Source: a virus (lineage: Duplodnaviria > Caudoviricetes). Taken from it: a stretch of DNA of 64,000 nucleotides. Numbering within the stretch: the first letter of the stretch is position 1; each line of letters opens with the position of its first letter. The DNA lies in the IMG/VR virus record IMGVR_UViG_3300027804_000001, positions 269,613-333,612 of that record. One strand, given 5' to 3'. A program made the position numbers and the translations under genes. This document shows positions 29,879 to 40,200 of the stretch, piece after piece. The notes beneath the pieces were generated by a model. It did not search any database. It saw only the letters and a program-made list of their open reading frames with translations, and was not told where the DNA came from.

Positions 29879-30250
29879 TTATTCCATAGTAAAAAGATAT
29901 GAATATTTGTTTACTAAACCAAGAATTTCGTCTCTTAAGTTTAATAAGTTCGTATCTTTAGGGTCAATATCCTCTGACATTTGTACCAACGCTTGTCTAA
30001 CTGTGTTAACAAGTCCTTTGATGTCTATTTCAGATAAATTACTTAATTGTATGTTTTTTGTTTCCTCGTCTAAAACGAATCTACCGTACTGTCCCATTGC
30101 TTGTTCAACAAAATCATCAATAAGTGGGTCTAAATCACTGTAAAAGTTTCCAAATGCTTCATGTCTAGCAATACCTTTTGTTTGCCAGTGACAAATTTTT
30201 AATTGAACTTGTAGACCCAATAAAAAATTTACATTAGAACTTAAATTCAT
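29879..30250 (-). CDS. Dps/ferritin-like four-helix protein
   Basis: HW......H E.F...Y..L...ID.FVE pattern matches Dps ferroxidase ligands (H, H, D at +15, E at +19). Confidence 0.7.
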   Translation of the reverse strand: MNLSSNVNFLLGLQVQLKICHWQTKGIARHEAFGNFYSDLDPLIDDFVEQAMGQYGRFVLDEETKNIQLSNLSEIDIKGLVNTVRQALVQMSEDIDPKDTNLLNLRDEILGLVNKYSYLFTME

Positions 30251-30854
30251 CTTGTTGTTCTTCTGGATTAAATGATTGCTTTATGGTGTCTGTTGGATAT
30301 TCTTCAACTTCTTGTTTAGTTAAAACATATTCGTTTTTACCACTTTGTCTCATTTCATCTTGTTTAACCGCGAAAAATTGTTGTGGATTTTGGTTAAACG
30401 GATACGAATCAAGAGATCTCATTTCCAATCTCTCTTGTGCGTTTGGTTCTTTCATTGTTTCAACCTTAGATGATAATTGGTCGATTTTAGATATAACCTG
30501 ATCCATATTGGAAAGTTTACTCTCCAAATCGTCTAATTTTGTAAAAACAGCATCCATTTGAGTCATTACATTACCGTGGTCTTGTTTATTATCGTCAATG
30601 TCCTTTTTGATACTTTTGGTCATATTAACCAAATCGGTAATATCTATTTCTTCTGTTGAATCCATTTCAGGTGCAACTGGTGCATTTGGAAGTGGTGCTG
30701 CGGCATCAGGTGCCGGTGCAGTATCATCAGCAGGGGGCATGTCCGTTGGGGGAGCCAAATCAGCCGGTGCTTCCTGTTCCATAACCATTTTCTTTCCGTA
30801 CTTATTGATGGCATTAAATCTCATCAATTCTTCGTGTAATTTTTTTTCTAACAT
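30234..30854 (-). CDS. Hypothetical acidic protein with Pro/Ala linker and coiled coil
   Basis: ORF track; start reassigned to MLEKK (ATG 30854). Confidence 0.65.
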   Translation of the reverse strand: MLEKKLHEELMRFNAINKYGKKMVMEQEAPADLAPPTDMPPADDTAPAPDAAAPLPNAPVAPEMDSTEEIDITDLVNMTKSIKKDIDDNKQDHGNVMTQMDAVFTKLDDLESKLSNMDQVISKIDQLSSKVETMKEPNAQERLEMRSLDSYPFNQNPQQFFAVKQDEMRQSGKNEYVLTKQEVEEYPTDTIKQSFNPEEQQDEFKF

Positions 30855-30858
30855 GATA

Positions 30859-31062
30859 TTAATCTTGTAAAAGTTGTCTACCGTCATTTGTGACGTATTT
30901 TTTATTTATTCTTTCTACTAAACCGTCTTTTTCTCTAATCACATAACATTCACCTGTTACCAAATCACATTCTTCTCTTTCCATACCGTCATTTGACACA
31001 TTCTTAACTTGTTTTGGATTTAAGAATTGGTCTACCGTATTTTTTAATTTATTACTATCCAT
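30859..31062 (-). CDS. Small hypothetical protein
   Basis: 67 aa ORF with tandem TATTTAT motifs upstream. Confidence 0.65.
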   Translation of the reverse strand: MDSNKLKNTVDQFLNPKQVKNVSNDGMEREECDLVTGECYVIREKDGLVERINKKYVTNDGRQLLQD

Positions 31063-31108
31063 AATATTTTCGTTATAAATATAAATATCCTGTATATTAT
31101 TAATATTC

Positions 31109-34100
31109 TTAGTTTATGTTAAAATATAATACATCTCCTTCTTGAATACCGAGAGTTTTCATTAATTTATTAGATAACGCAATACCATAACCATCTATAA
31201 ATGGTCCAATATTAACGGGACCTGAAACGTTTAACGATTCCACCCTTCTATCTAAATCATAATTTGGAGTTAAACTATATGTTTTATCGTTATTTGGGTT
31301 TAAAAATGTAGTCGTACCTGTTATAACCTTATCTGCGGTTATTGACCTAGAAAATTGAAACCTACAAGAATAAAATTCTTTTGAGTTAGCCAAATCTTTT
31401 AATTCAGACCATTTCAATCCTGTTTCACCAGATGAATTAACATTAGTTGTATTTTTTAATTTACTCAATAAAGACATATAAGTGGCATCCGTAATTTCAT
31501 AAATTTTGGATTCCATACCCATTCTTGCCACTTTTGCTCTAAACCAAACTTGAGTCTGACCTTTAGAATTTTTATACATAACTTTCTGAATATATTTCTC
31601 ATTACCATATCCATTATATGGTACACCAAATTCAGAAATACCTACCGTTTGAATTAACTCTTCTCCCTTTATTTGGGTTGTACCCATATCAGTAACAAAA
31701 TTACCCATATCGGTTTTTATTGTTTTTTCTGTGGACGAAGATGTGGTTACTTCATTTGCTTTTTTAACAACCGCTCTCGCAGCATTTGTAACTTTATCTA
31801 ATAAAGATTTATAACTTGAAATAAATGAATCTTCTGGGTCAGGTAAAGCCGCAGCTGGCATCTTTGTACCCTTAAAACTTGTTTCAATGTTGTTATTTCT
31901 AATACTATGACTTACTTCTGTAATCCAATACGTACCTCTAAACATTGGGATATTTTTCAAATAGAAGTACATTGTCGGTTGTATCATTACATCACCCATC
32001 ATGGTCACTTCACATTGATATGACCTATTTTTATATATGTCAAACAATGCAATATCAACATTATATGCCCCTGAACCTGATTCTGATCTTGCAACGTTTT
32101 CAAGAACAGTCATTGATTCTGTTGTTTCTTTAAATTGTGCTTGGTCTAATGATACACCCTTGAAAACGTTTTGATATTGGTCACCAAAACTAACTTCAAA
32201 CGCAACAACTTTATTTGATTTATTTAACTGGTCAACATCATATAGTTCAGGTAGTGTAATAATTAATGGATTTTTATTTCTATTTGAAATATCAAAACTA
32301 TCATCGTTAAACTTATATGTTGATTTATTCATATCAGCCGGATGTTTTGCAGTCTGACCAACATATTGTAGAATTATTTTAGGTGACGATTCTTGATAAT
32401 CCACATCTAAAAAAGTACCAAATAAATTTTTAGCAACGCTCTTAGATGGTGTTATTTTTGACCTATTAGATATATTTGTACCATAAAAATTAACATAAGC
32501 CGGTAATGCTCTCATATCAATGTTTGCACCTGCAATCAATGTAGATATAGCACTATATAGACTTATTTTGTCATTTTTATTATCAATCAACCCAATAAAC
32601 TTACTAATATTCAAATACGTTTTACTTCCGATATCTCTATTTGCTCTATCTAAAAATAAAAACTCTTCGAATAATAATCTCTGACCTAAAGAGTTACCCG
32701 CAACCCATTTGTCATTAAATGATTTAAATGAATTATAAAGTTCTATTTTAAGTTGTCTATTGTTATATCCATCGATAAAATTTACCGATACGTCGTTTTT
32801 TACTAATTCTAATTTTGAAAATCTTGGAATAAGTTGTGTTAAAAAATAATTCAACCTGTTATTTGAACCACCCACTTCGGTGTTAGTGGTTGCTTTGTCT
32901 AAAATGTTATTTTTTAGATATGTTACAAATGCGGTTTTAGTATTTGTTCCATTTGTTCCGTTTGTTCCACCGTTTTTAAGATAACCACCATATATTAAAA
33001 TTAAAGGTCTAAATAATAATACATTTTCTTCTGTTAATGCAATATTTGAAATTTGGAAAAAGTTTAAATATGTGATTCCCGTATCAGGATTTTCACCAAC
33101 ATATAATGTAAGATATTTTGTATCACCACTTTGTGAACTATAGTTAAACGGTTCCCATGTTTCTGTTCCATTTACATAACCACTTAAAACATATGAATCA
33201 ATTTCTTTTGGATTACCTAATGTGAATTTCACTAAATTATGTTCTTTACATAATTCTTCGGACACATCAACCAATTTTTGTTTTTGTTTATCTTTAATTT
33301 TTCTTAAAATCTCTTCAACATTTGTACCGTCTGAGTCTTCTTTCTTTACGGATGTAATTTCTTTTAAAAGTTGTTGAAAGTTATCATACTTTACATTTGG
33401 GAATTTTTTATATGGGTCATCGAAACCTATATAATCAGAACTAAATTGTAAAAACATGTCTTCAAATTCATCTAAAATTTGAGGATTGAATGTGGCAATT
33501 AAGTCGTAAACTTTTTCTTGATTATTTTTTATTTCAAAAATATCTTTACCTACTTCTTTACTATATTCATATGGAGTATTAAATGTTTTACCACTAAAAC
33601 TTTCTTCAAGATATTCGTCTTTCCATATAACTCTAAAATTCATTTGTTCAGACATATTAAAATCAAAATCAGAAGGTCGTAACCCGTTTGGTAAATTTTT
33701 AAAATTAATATATTCATTATTACCATCACATGGTAATAACGTGTATCTTAAATCTGTAGAATCAAATTTTGAATTATCAACATATTGTGTCCAATAATTT
33801 AAACCGTTTTCTTTTGATCTTACATTACCACCTATTTTTCCGTTAGTTGTGTTACCTGAAAAAGATGTATTACCATCAGATACTACATAATGATTATATC
33901 CATTTACTACTTGGTGATAAACGGCGTCGTAATATGGATGTAAACCCACATCTTTACTTTGTGAATATGTTACACCCGTTGTATTAAAACTAAACATGGT
34001 ATATTGTGAACCAGTTTCGTTATCATTAAAAAATTTGTTACCGTCTATATTAGTGGTTATTGTACTCGTATTTGACGTTGTAAAACCTGTTAATATGTCT

Positions 34101-36955
34101 ACACCTTCCAATACTTTTTTCTTATATCTGTGATATATTGAACCCCATTTAAGAATAAGATGATACGGTATAAAATGTGTTCCACCAATTTCTCTAAAAA
34201 TAGATGACATTCTAATTGGTGAAAGTAAATTTACTGTGGTATTATCTATTGTTGTTCCTTCTGTCCTAATAAATCCAATTTCATCTTTTAAATCAAGATA
34301 TGGTAATGAATCTAATAACAAATATGCAGAACCCACATACTTACCGAAGGATGTTGTTTTGGTAAAATCACTATATAATTGTTTATGAAAATATGGTGTG
34401 TTTAAAATATTCGTTGCGTTATTTCCATTAAACAGTGATCGGGTAAACATGTTAAATATCCCGTCAATTTTTTTATACGGTTCTCTTAACCAGTTATAAA
34501 GATTTATTGGTGTTGATATAAATTCATCGTTTTCACCAAATTTAAAAACACCTTTAAATTTAAATTCATCATCAGTAAACTTTTCTTTATTAATGTAAGA
34601 AAGGTATGTTTTTGAATTAAATGGGAATATGTTTTTTCTATATGATTCGGGTGTGTAATTTAAAATTTGTTCATCTAAATTTTTGTAAAGAGATTTATCA
34701 AATCTTTTACCTTCTAAATTTTCTACAAATTGTTCAAGTTTAAATGATTTATTTATTACATCACTTATATATTTTGTAGTTGGTAGTGAATCTTCGTAAT
34801 ATGGAAATCTTTCCATTGGTGAAAGTTTCTCCATATAATTTAATAAATCATTTTTAGACTTTATATTGTTTTTTAATATGTCTAAAATATCCAGCTCTTC
34901 ACCTACAACATTTTGTATTGATTCAAATTCTATACCAGCAATTTCATTTAATACTTTATCATTAAATGAATCAATTAATGTAAATAACTTAGCTCTTTCA
35001 TAAATTTCATATAAAAAAGAAACCGGAGTTCTATCTGAATATGGTAATACAGATTGTGTTTGAAATATTGTACTTACATCTTTTATATCCGATTCTTCTC
35101 TATTATTATCAAAAATATATTCCAAGTCATTTACACCACCTTCTTTTTCGGTTAATGGATCATTTAAATTTGTTGATACACCCATAAATTCTTCGACAAA
35201 CGCAACCTCGGGCCACATTAGACCATCATATGATTTTAATTTATCTTGTAATTCAGGTTCACCGGGATACGCAATAACTCTTTGTTTATCACCTGGTGTT
35301 GTTTTTTTAATTTCAGGCCAAGGATATATTGCATCCCCAACACTCTCATCAGAAAAGTTTTTAATTAATTCTTTTCTTTCGTTCGCTAAGTTAAACGCGT
35401 CGTTATGTACTTCTTTCATTAATCTAACATAAACCTCAGCGTTTGCCATTAATACACCAAAAAGGTTTCTTATTGTTGGTTCAAATCCAAAACCTTTATC
35501 TGGATCCTTAATGATTTCATTCATTTTCTTTTCTATGTCTTTTTCAATTTTTGAATTTTGTTCAAAAAAAACTTTTTTAAGAACATGAACATCCGATAAT
35601 AATTTATCGATTAATATGTAATATTTGGTGGGATTACTTTTTATTTTACTATAGTAGTTATCAATTGGTGGTAAGGTGTTTGATAAAATTTTTGTATTAA
35701 CATTCAATCCACCTTTTTTAACATTACTATTAAAAGTTTCTTGGTATTTTTTTAATTCGTCAGATGATGATTTAATAATATATTCTAATGTTTTATTATT
35801 AGTGTTTCCTGTAACCAAATCTAAATCAAGTTTATTTTTGGATTTTAATGCAAATCCTCTGGTTACATCTGTATTAATTCTAAAATCATCACTATAATCA
35901 GTTAAATCTAAATTTTTATTTTTCCAACCATTAATTTTAATTTCAAAATCATCTAATACTTTTCTGTATGACCTTAAACCATCTAAAACTTTTGGGTCAA
36001 TAACCTCATCAAAAATTTGTTGTTCTAATCTTTTATCAAGAGTTGATGCCAATGCACAAATTTCTCTTAATGTTTTTACAGGAAAATTTTCAGGTATTAA
36101 TTTTTTCTGTTTCATTTCAGAATAAACAGATTTTAATATCTGATATCCTTTTGATGATTTTAATGCTTTCTTTTCATATAGACCAGTTTTTTCATTAAAT
36201 GTTTTTGAACCTTCTACTGTTCTAACAAACATGTATGGACTATTTAAAACCGCCTTTAATGGGATATCGGTCATGAATGGATATGTTGAACCTAAAAATT
36301 TTGTGGTTACATCAAAATTTCCTGTACTTGGATTAAATCTTGAATTAAAAGATGTTAGATGTAATCTATATCTAATAGCTTTACCATAATATCCTTTAAT
36401 TGTTAAATAAAATATTGGCCACGGCATATGAAAAAACGCCTTGTATGGTGAATTTTCCGCAGCCTCAAATAGTGTTTTACCTCTTACATCAACAAAGTCA
36501 ATAATGATTTGTGGTATAAAATTGGCACCCTTTATTTGTACCGAAATACTTTGAATACCGAAAGATTGTCCCGACCCGTCATTTTGATAGAATTCATCTT
36601 TAATTGGATTTCCGTCTTTGTCTTTTTTTTGTTTTGTTTCTAAAAAGGCATCAGTCCATCCTGATGTAAAATTTCTATTATTTGGGTCAGATTGATCACC
36701 ACTTTGTGATGATAAGAAATTTAAGGTTCCTTTTGCAATTGATGTTAGTGATGATAACTTTTCACCCGAAACCAAAATTGTTCTTGGGACGATATCCGCC
36801 TCCAAGTTAACATACATAACCAATTTTTCATGTGAAACATTTCTTGGCTGAACTTCATTATTAACCAACACACTATTAGGATCAACGTAAATTAAATTAT
36901 TTTCGTCGGTCTTAATTAAAATATTCTCACTATTTGATAAATCATTGTTCGCCAT
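31109..36955 (-). CDS. Baseplate hub protein (gp27/gpD-like), 1948 aa
   Basis: EVTMMGDVMIQPTMYFYL..IPMFRGTYWITEVSHSI..NNIETSFKG signature (~31870-32015); follows gp53-like gene. Confidence 0.7.
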   Translation of the reverse strand: MANNDLSNSENILIKTDENNLIYVDPNSVLVNNEVQPRNVSHEKLVMYVNLEADIVPRTILVSGEKLSSLTSIAKGTLNFLSSQSGDQSDPNNRNFTSGWTDAFLETKQKKDKDGNPIKDEFYQNDGSGQSFGIQSISVQIKGANFIPQIIIDFVDVRGKTLFEAAENSPYKAFFHMPWPIFYLTIKGYYGKAIRYRLHLTSFNSRFNPSTGNFDVTTKFLGSTYPFMTDIPLKAVLNSPYMFVRTVEGSKTFNEKTGLYEKKALKSSKGYQILKSVYSEMKQKKLIPENFPVKTLREICALASTLDKRLEQQIFDEVIDPKVLDGLRSYRKVLDDFEIKINGWKNKNLDLTDYSDDFRINTDVTRGFALKSKNKLDLDLVTGNTNNKTLEYIIKSSSDELKKYQETFNSNVKKGGLNVNTKILSNTLPPIDNYYSKIKSNPTKYYILIDKLLSDVHVLKKVFFEQNSKIEKDIEKKMNEIIKDPDKGFGFEPTIRNLFGVLMANAEVYVRLMKEVHNDAFNLANERKELIKNFSDESVGDAIYPWPEIKKTTPGDKQRVIAYPGEPELQDKLKSYDGLMWPEVAFVEEFMGVSTNLNDPLTEKEGGVNDLEYIFDNNREESDIKDVSTIFQTQSVLPYSDRTPVSFLYEIYERAKLFTLIDSFNDKVLNEIAGIEFESIQNVVGEELDILDILKNNIKSKNDLLNYMEKLSPMERFPYYEDSLPTTKYISDVINKSFKLEQFVENLEGKRFDKSLYKNLDEQILNYTPESYRKNIFPFNSKTYLSYINKEKFTDDEFKFKGVFKFGENDEFISTPINLYNWLREPYKKIDGIFNMFTRSLFNGNNATNILNTPYFHKQLYSDFTKTTSFGKYVGSAYLLLDSLPYLDLKDEIGFIRTEGTTIDNTTVNLLSPIRMSSIFREIGGTHFIPYHLILKWGSIYHRYKKKVLEGVDILTGFTTSNTSTITTNIDGNKFFNDNETGSQYTMFSFNTTGVTYSQSKDVGLHPYYDAVYHQVVNGYNHYVVSDGNTSFSGNTTNGKIGGNVRSKENGLNYWTQYVDNSKFDSTDLRYTLLPCDGNNEYINFKNLPNGLRPSDFDFNMSEQMNFRVIWKDEYLEESFSGKTFNTPYEYSKEVGKDIFEIKNNQEKVYDLIATFNPQILDEFEDMFLQFSSDYIGFDDPYKKFPNVKYDNFQQLLKEITSVKKEDSDGTNVEEILRKIKDKQKQKLVDVSEELCKEHNLVKFTLGNPKEIDSYVLSGYVNGTETWEPFNYSSQSGDTKYLTLYVGENPDTGITYLNFFQISNIALTEENVLLFRPLILIYGGYLKNGGTNGTNGTNTKTAFVTYLKNNILDKATTNTEVGGSNNRLNYFLTQLIPRFSKLELVKNDVSVNFIDGYNNRQLKIELYNSFKSFNDKWVAGNSLGQRLLFEEFLFLDRANRDIGSKTYLNISKFIGLIDNKNDKISLYSAISTLIAGANIDMRALPAYVNFYGTNISNRSKITPSKSVAKNLFGTFLDVDYQESSPKIILQYVGQTAKHPADMNKSTYKFNDDSFDISNRNKNPLIITLPELYDVDQLNKSNKVVAFEVSFGDQYQNVFKGVSLDQAQFKETTESMTVLENVARSESGSGAYNVDIALFDIYKNRSYQCEVTMMGDVMIQPTMYFYLKNIPMFRGTYWITEVSHSIRNNNIETSFKGTKMPAAALPDPEDSFISSYKSLLDKVTNAARAVVKKANEVTTSSSTEKTIKTDMGNFVTDMGTTQIKGEELIQTVGISEFGVPYNGYGNEKYIQKVMYKNSKGQTQVWFRAKVARMGMESKIYEITDATYMSLLSKLKNTTNVNSSGETGLKWSELKDLANSKEFYSCRFQFSRSITADKVITGTTTFLNPNNDKTYSLTPNYDLDRRVESLNVSGPVNIGPFIDGYGIALSNKLMKTLGIQEGDVLYFNIN

Positions 36956-37268
36956 AATATAAATTATACAATTCTACACCTTTCTTATAATCTTGTAAAG
37001 AGCTTGTTAAAGGGAAAGGTATTCTTAAAATAAAGTTATCAGGAATTTCAAATTCATTCGTTCCTGCACCAGGATTAGCCATCATTATTAACCATCCAAA
37101 TGTTGGTGTGTTGTAGAATTCTTGTGATAATTTATCTAATCTGTCTTTTGTTCTTCTATATTGGTGGTACTTATCGGTTCCTTTTATTGGAAGTTCTATA
37201 CCCGGAACAATTCTAAATTTACCATCGTCTATGAAAAACTCATATCTATCAAAATAATTCCTACTCAT
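36942..37268 (-). CDS. Baseplate wedge LysM-like protein (T4 gp53/P2 gpX-like)
   Basis: DRLDKLSQEFYNTPTFGWLIMMANP...LRIP signature. Confidence 0.8.
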   Translation of the reverse strand: MSRNYFDRYEFFIDDGKFRIVPGIELPIKGTDKYHQYRRTKDRLDKLSQEFYNTPTFGWLIMMANPGAGTNEFEIPDNFILRIPFPLTSSLQDYKKGVELYNLYYGEQ

Positions 37269-40200
37269 GGTTTATAATAGTTTAATTTGTTTCCAGAAAC
37301 AGGAACCCCGTTTTTAGATTTTAATTTTTTTAATTCAGTTATAACATTTGAATCTGTTATTACATCTTCAGTAAATGTATAAGACAATTCTTTTTCACTC
37401 TTTCTCTTTTTAAGTTTTTTAAACTTAAATTTTTTGTCTTTTATTGGGTTACTAATAAATGAATTAAACTTTCTTTCAATTTTTTGTACCGTATTTTCAT
37501 CAAAAATTGTGGTATCCACCTTAAATACATCTTTAAAACTAGTCTTATCCGTTTCTTTTAATAATACAGATAAAAACTCAGAAAGTGTATTGGTTGTTAC
37601 TGTTGGTGAATTAAAATTGATGGATGTGTCTAAATCATCGTATAATTTACTATCATTTTTAGTGATATGGTCTATACAATTCTCATATTCTTCATATAAT
37701 AAATCTCTAGTAAAACCGGATAATACCGCTTTGGTTGCGGTTGTTCCACTAATTTTTGCGTCATATTCATGTTTAACCACAAAATTTAGGTTATCCAAAT
37801 TTTTAATCAATTCATTTCTAACGGTTATTAGACTATCAATTTTTTTATCATCAACAATTGATTTCATTTTAGCTTCTATAAATGATTTAAAATATGGTTG
37901 TAAAAGTTCATTTGCTTTGTTTTGTTTTGGTACAGATAATACATCATCTAATGATAACATCTGAGATAAATTAGAAGTTGATAATGTTTTTAACATTTTA
38001 TCTTTTAATAAATTAACATAAAATGGAAGTGTTCTGTTTTTTTGATATTCACCAAATAATAATATTGTTCCTGTAGTGTTGTTACCATCATAATATTCAT
38101 ATGTTTTAATATCTCTATAGTTTGGATGTAAAATCATTGATGATATTGATGGTCCATATTCTTTTACTGTTATGTTGTAATAAGAAACATAACTATCGAA
38201 ATAATTTTCTGTATTTTTATAAATGTCTTCAATAAGTGGTTTATCATAAACCAATGATTTATCTTTTAAGGTACCACAGTATTCACCCTCGTTAAGTTCA
38301 TTTCCTTTATTATTATTTGTGGAATCTTCTGGCTTAACGTCTTTTACATTTAAACTCTCTAAGAATTGTTTTGTAAAGTCTTTTGCATCCATTCCACCAA
38401 TTTTCAAACCATCAGATTGTATTGACCTTTCGTCATACATTTCTGTATTAGCGTAGAAATTAGAAGAAAGTGCGTTTTGTAATCTTTCAACAGGTTTTGA
38501 TAATCCTTGACCACCGATAAAATTAACTTGTAACGAAACATTTGCAATCATTGGTTGTACACCTATTCCTTCAGGATTTAAATCCCATACATTTTCTTCA
38601 AATGTTATATTAACATCACGAATAATAATTTTTGAGTGGTAAAAATCACCAACTCTTAAAACACAAATAGGTGGTGGACCAAATGAAGTATTTCTTGCAT
38701 TTAAATCCGCCAAATCACTAATACCTTTTACAGGTATAGTGTCACCTGGTCTAATACATTGTTGTAAAAAAGTTAATCTTGAGTTTAGACCTTCGGGTGT
38801 TGTTGAGTGAAACGCCGGATGGAAATATTTTAATTTATCTTTTAAAGTTTTAAACACAACTGGATCGTTTTCCTCCAATTTTTGGAAATAATAACATTCA
38901 CTAAGAGTTTTCATTATAATTCTCTTCATGATGTCTACTGGTGGTTTATTTGGTTTAAATACATTATCTTCAACAGGGACCAACTTAGATGTAATATTTG
39001 GATCCTCTGTTGGTTTTTGTGGATCTTGTTTTTGTTTTTTAGTGTATGATAATTTAAATGTTGATTGTCTACATCCAAATGCAACGGGTGCGGAAACTCT
39101 TAATGAATTTGCACCTGAAACATATTTGAAGTTTTGTTCCGAACAATTTTTATTCTTTTCATTTACAAATTCTTCTCCCGCACTAATTGTTGTTAATTTT
39201 AATTTACCTTCAAATTCAGTATATCCAAGTTCCTTTAATGTTATTTCTAATTTAATATCTGTTTTACTATCTTTAGAACCAGTAAATGAACTTGGCCATT
39301 TACTATCTAATAAACTTTTTACATTAGTTCCGTCTTTTTTAATTCTATCTAAAACATCCAATAAAATACTATAAGTTCTTCTTATTGATAATTTCCAGTT
39401 GTATTCATTATCTGCTAATGCGGAACATGATGAGATTATACCAACAATAATGTCGGTTACAACACCACCTTCTATATCTGTCTTTAATGTTGTTAATTGT
39501 GTACCATATGTTGAATAATCTGTCCTTCCTTCTGTTACTTCTTTTACTAAATCATTTTGAGTTAAAGTAATATAGTTTGTAGTTTCTCCTGTGGGTATAT
39601 CTTTTCCGTATAAAACTTTTTTATCGTTTATTGCATTTGATGTTTTGTATGTTGTTGTACCCGAAAGAATTTCATTTAATATTGAAGTTAAATTACTGTT
39701 TGTCTCACCAGTCCACGTATCTGAACCAATATGTCTAGTATATAAATCAGAATATTTTGTTCCTTTATATTCACCTTCAGTTTTCTTTGGCCAGTCGTTT
39801 GCAAAATTTAAACTTATCGAAGGAAGTTTTTCTTCTTTAGTTAAATCTTTATTAACAGGTGGTTCTTTTTTAACAACATCTGTTGTTGTTACACTTTTAA
39901 ATTTCTTTATAGTTGTTACGTCGATTTTTTTATTTAAAAAGTCAGTAATTAATTTTGCATCATCTGGTGTTATTGTTGCATATCTTCTAATTAAATCATA
40001 AAAATCTATTTCTTCACAACCAGCAAAAAACGAATTAATATAATTTTCAGATTCTTCATCTGACATACCTTTAAAGTGTTCTCTCACCAATAAATTTAAT
40101 ATACTTGGGTGGTCAACAACAACTTTAAATGAAATCTGTCCACTTCTTTCAGTATTCTGATATGTGTATATTGGTTCAGGTCTTCCTAAAAAATTATTTG

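Noticed and set aside
30234-30854. Possible prohead-protease-processed scaffold/internal head protein (LHEE...MEQ motif)
   Set aside because: Only a weak motif impression; no head genes nearby in this window to support it.
21580-31109. Replication cluster splitting the baseplate genes as a sign of recent insertion
   Set aside because: No flanking repeats, recombinase sites or compositional break; interleaved modules are common in large phages.
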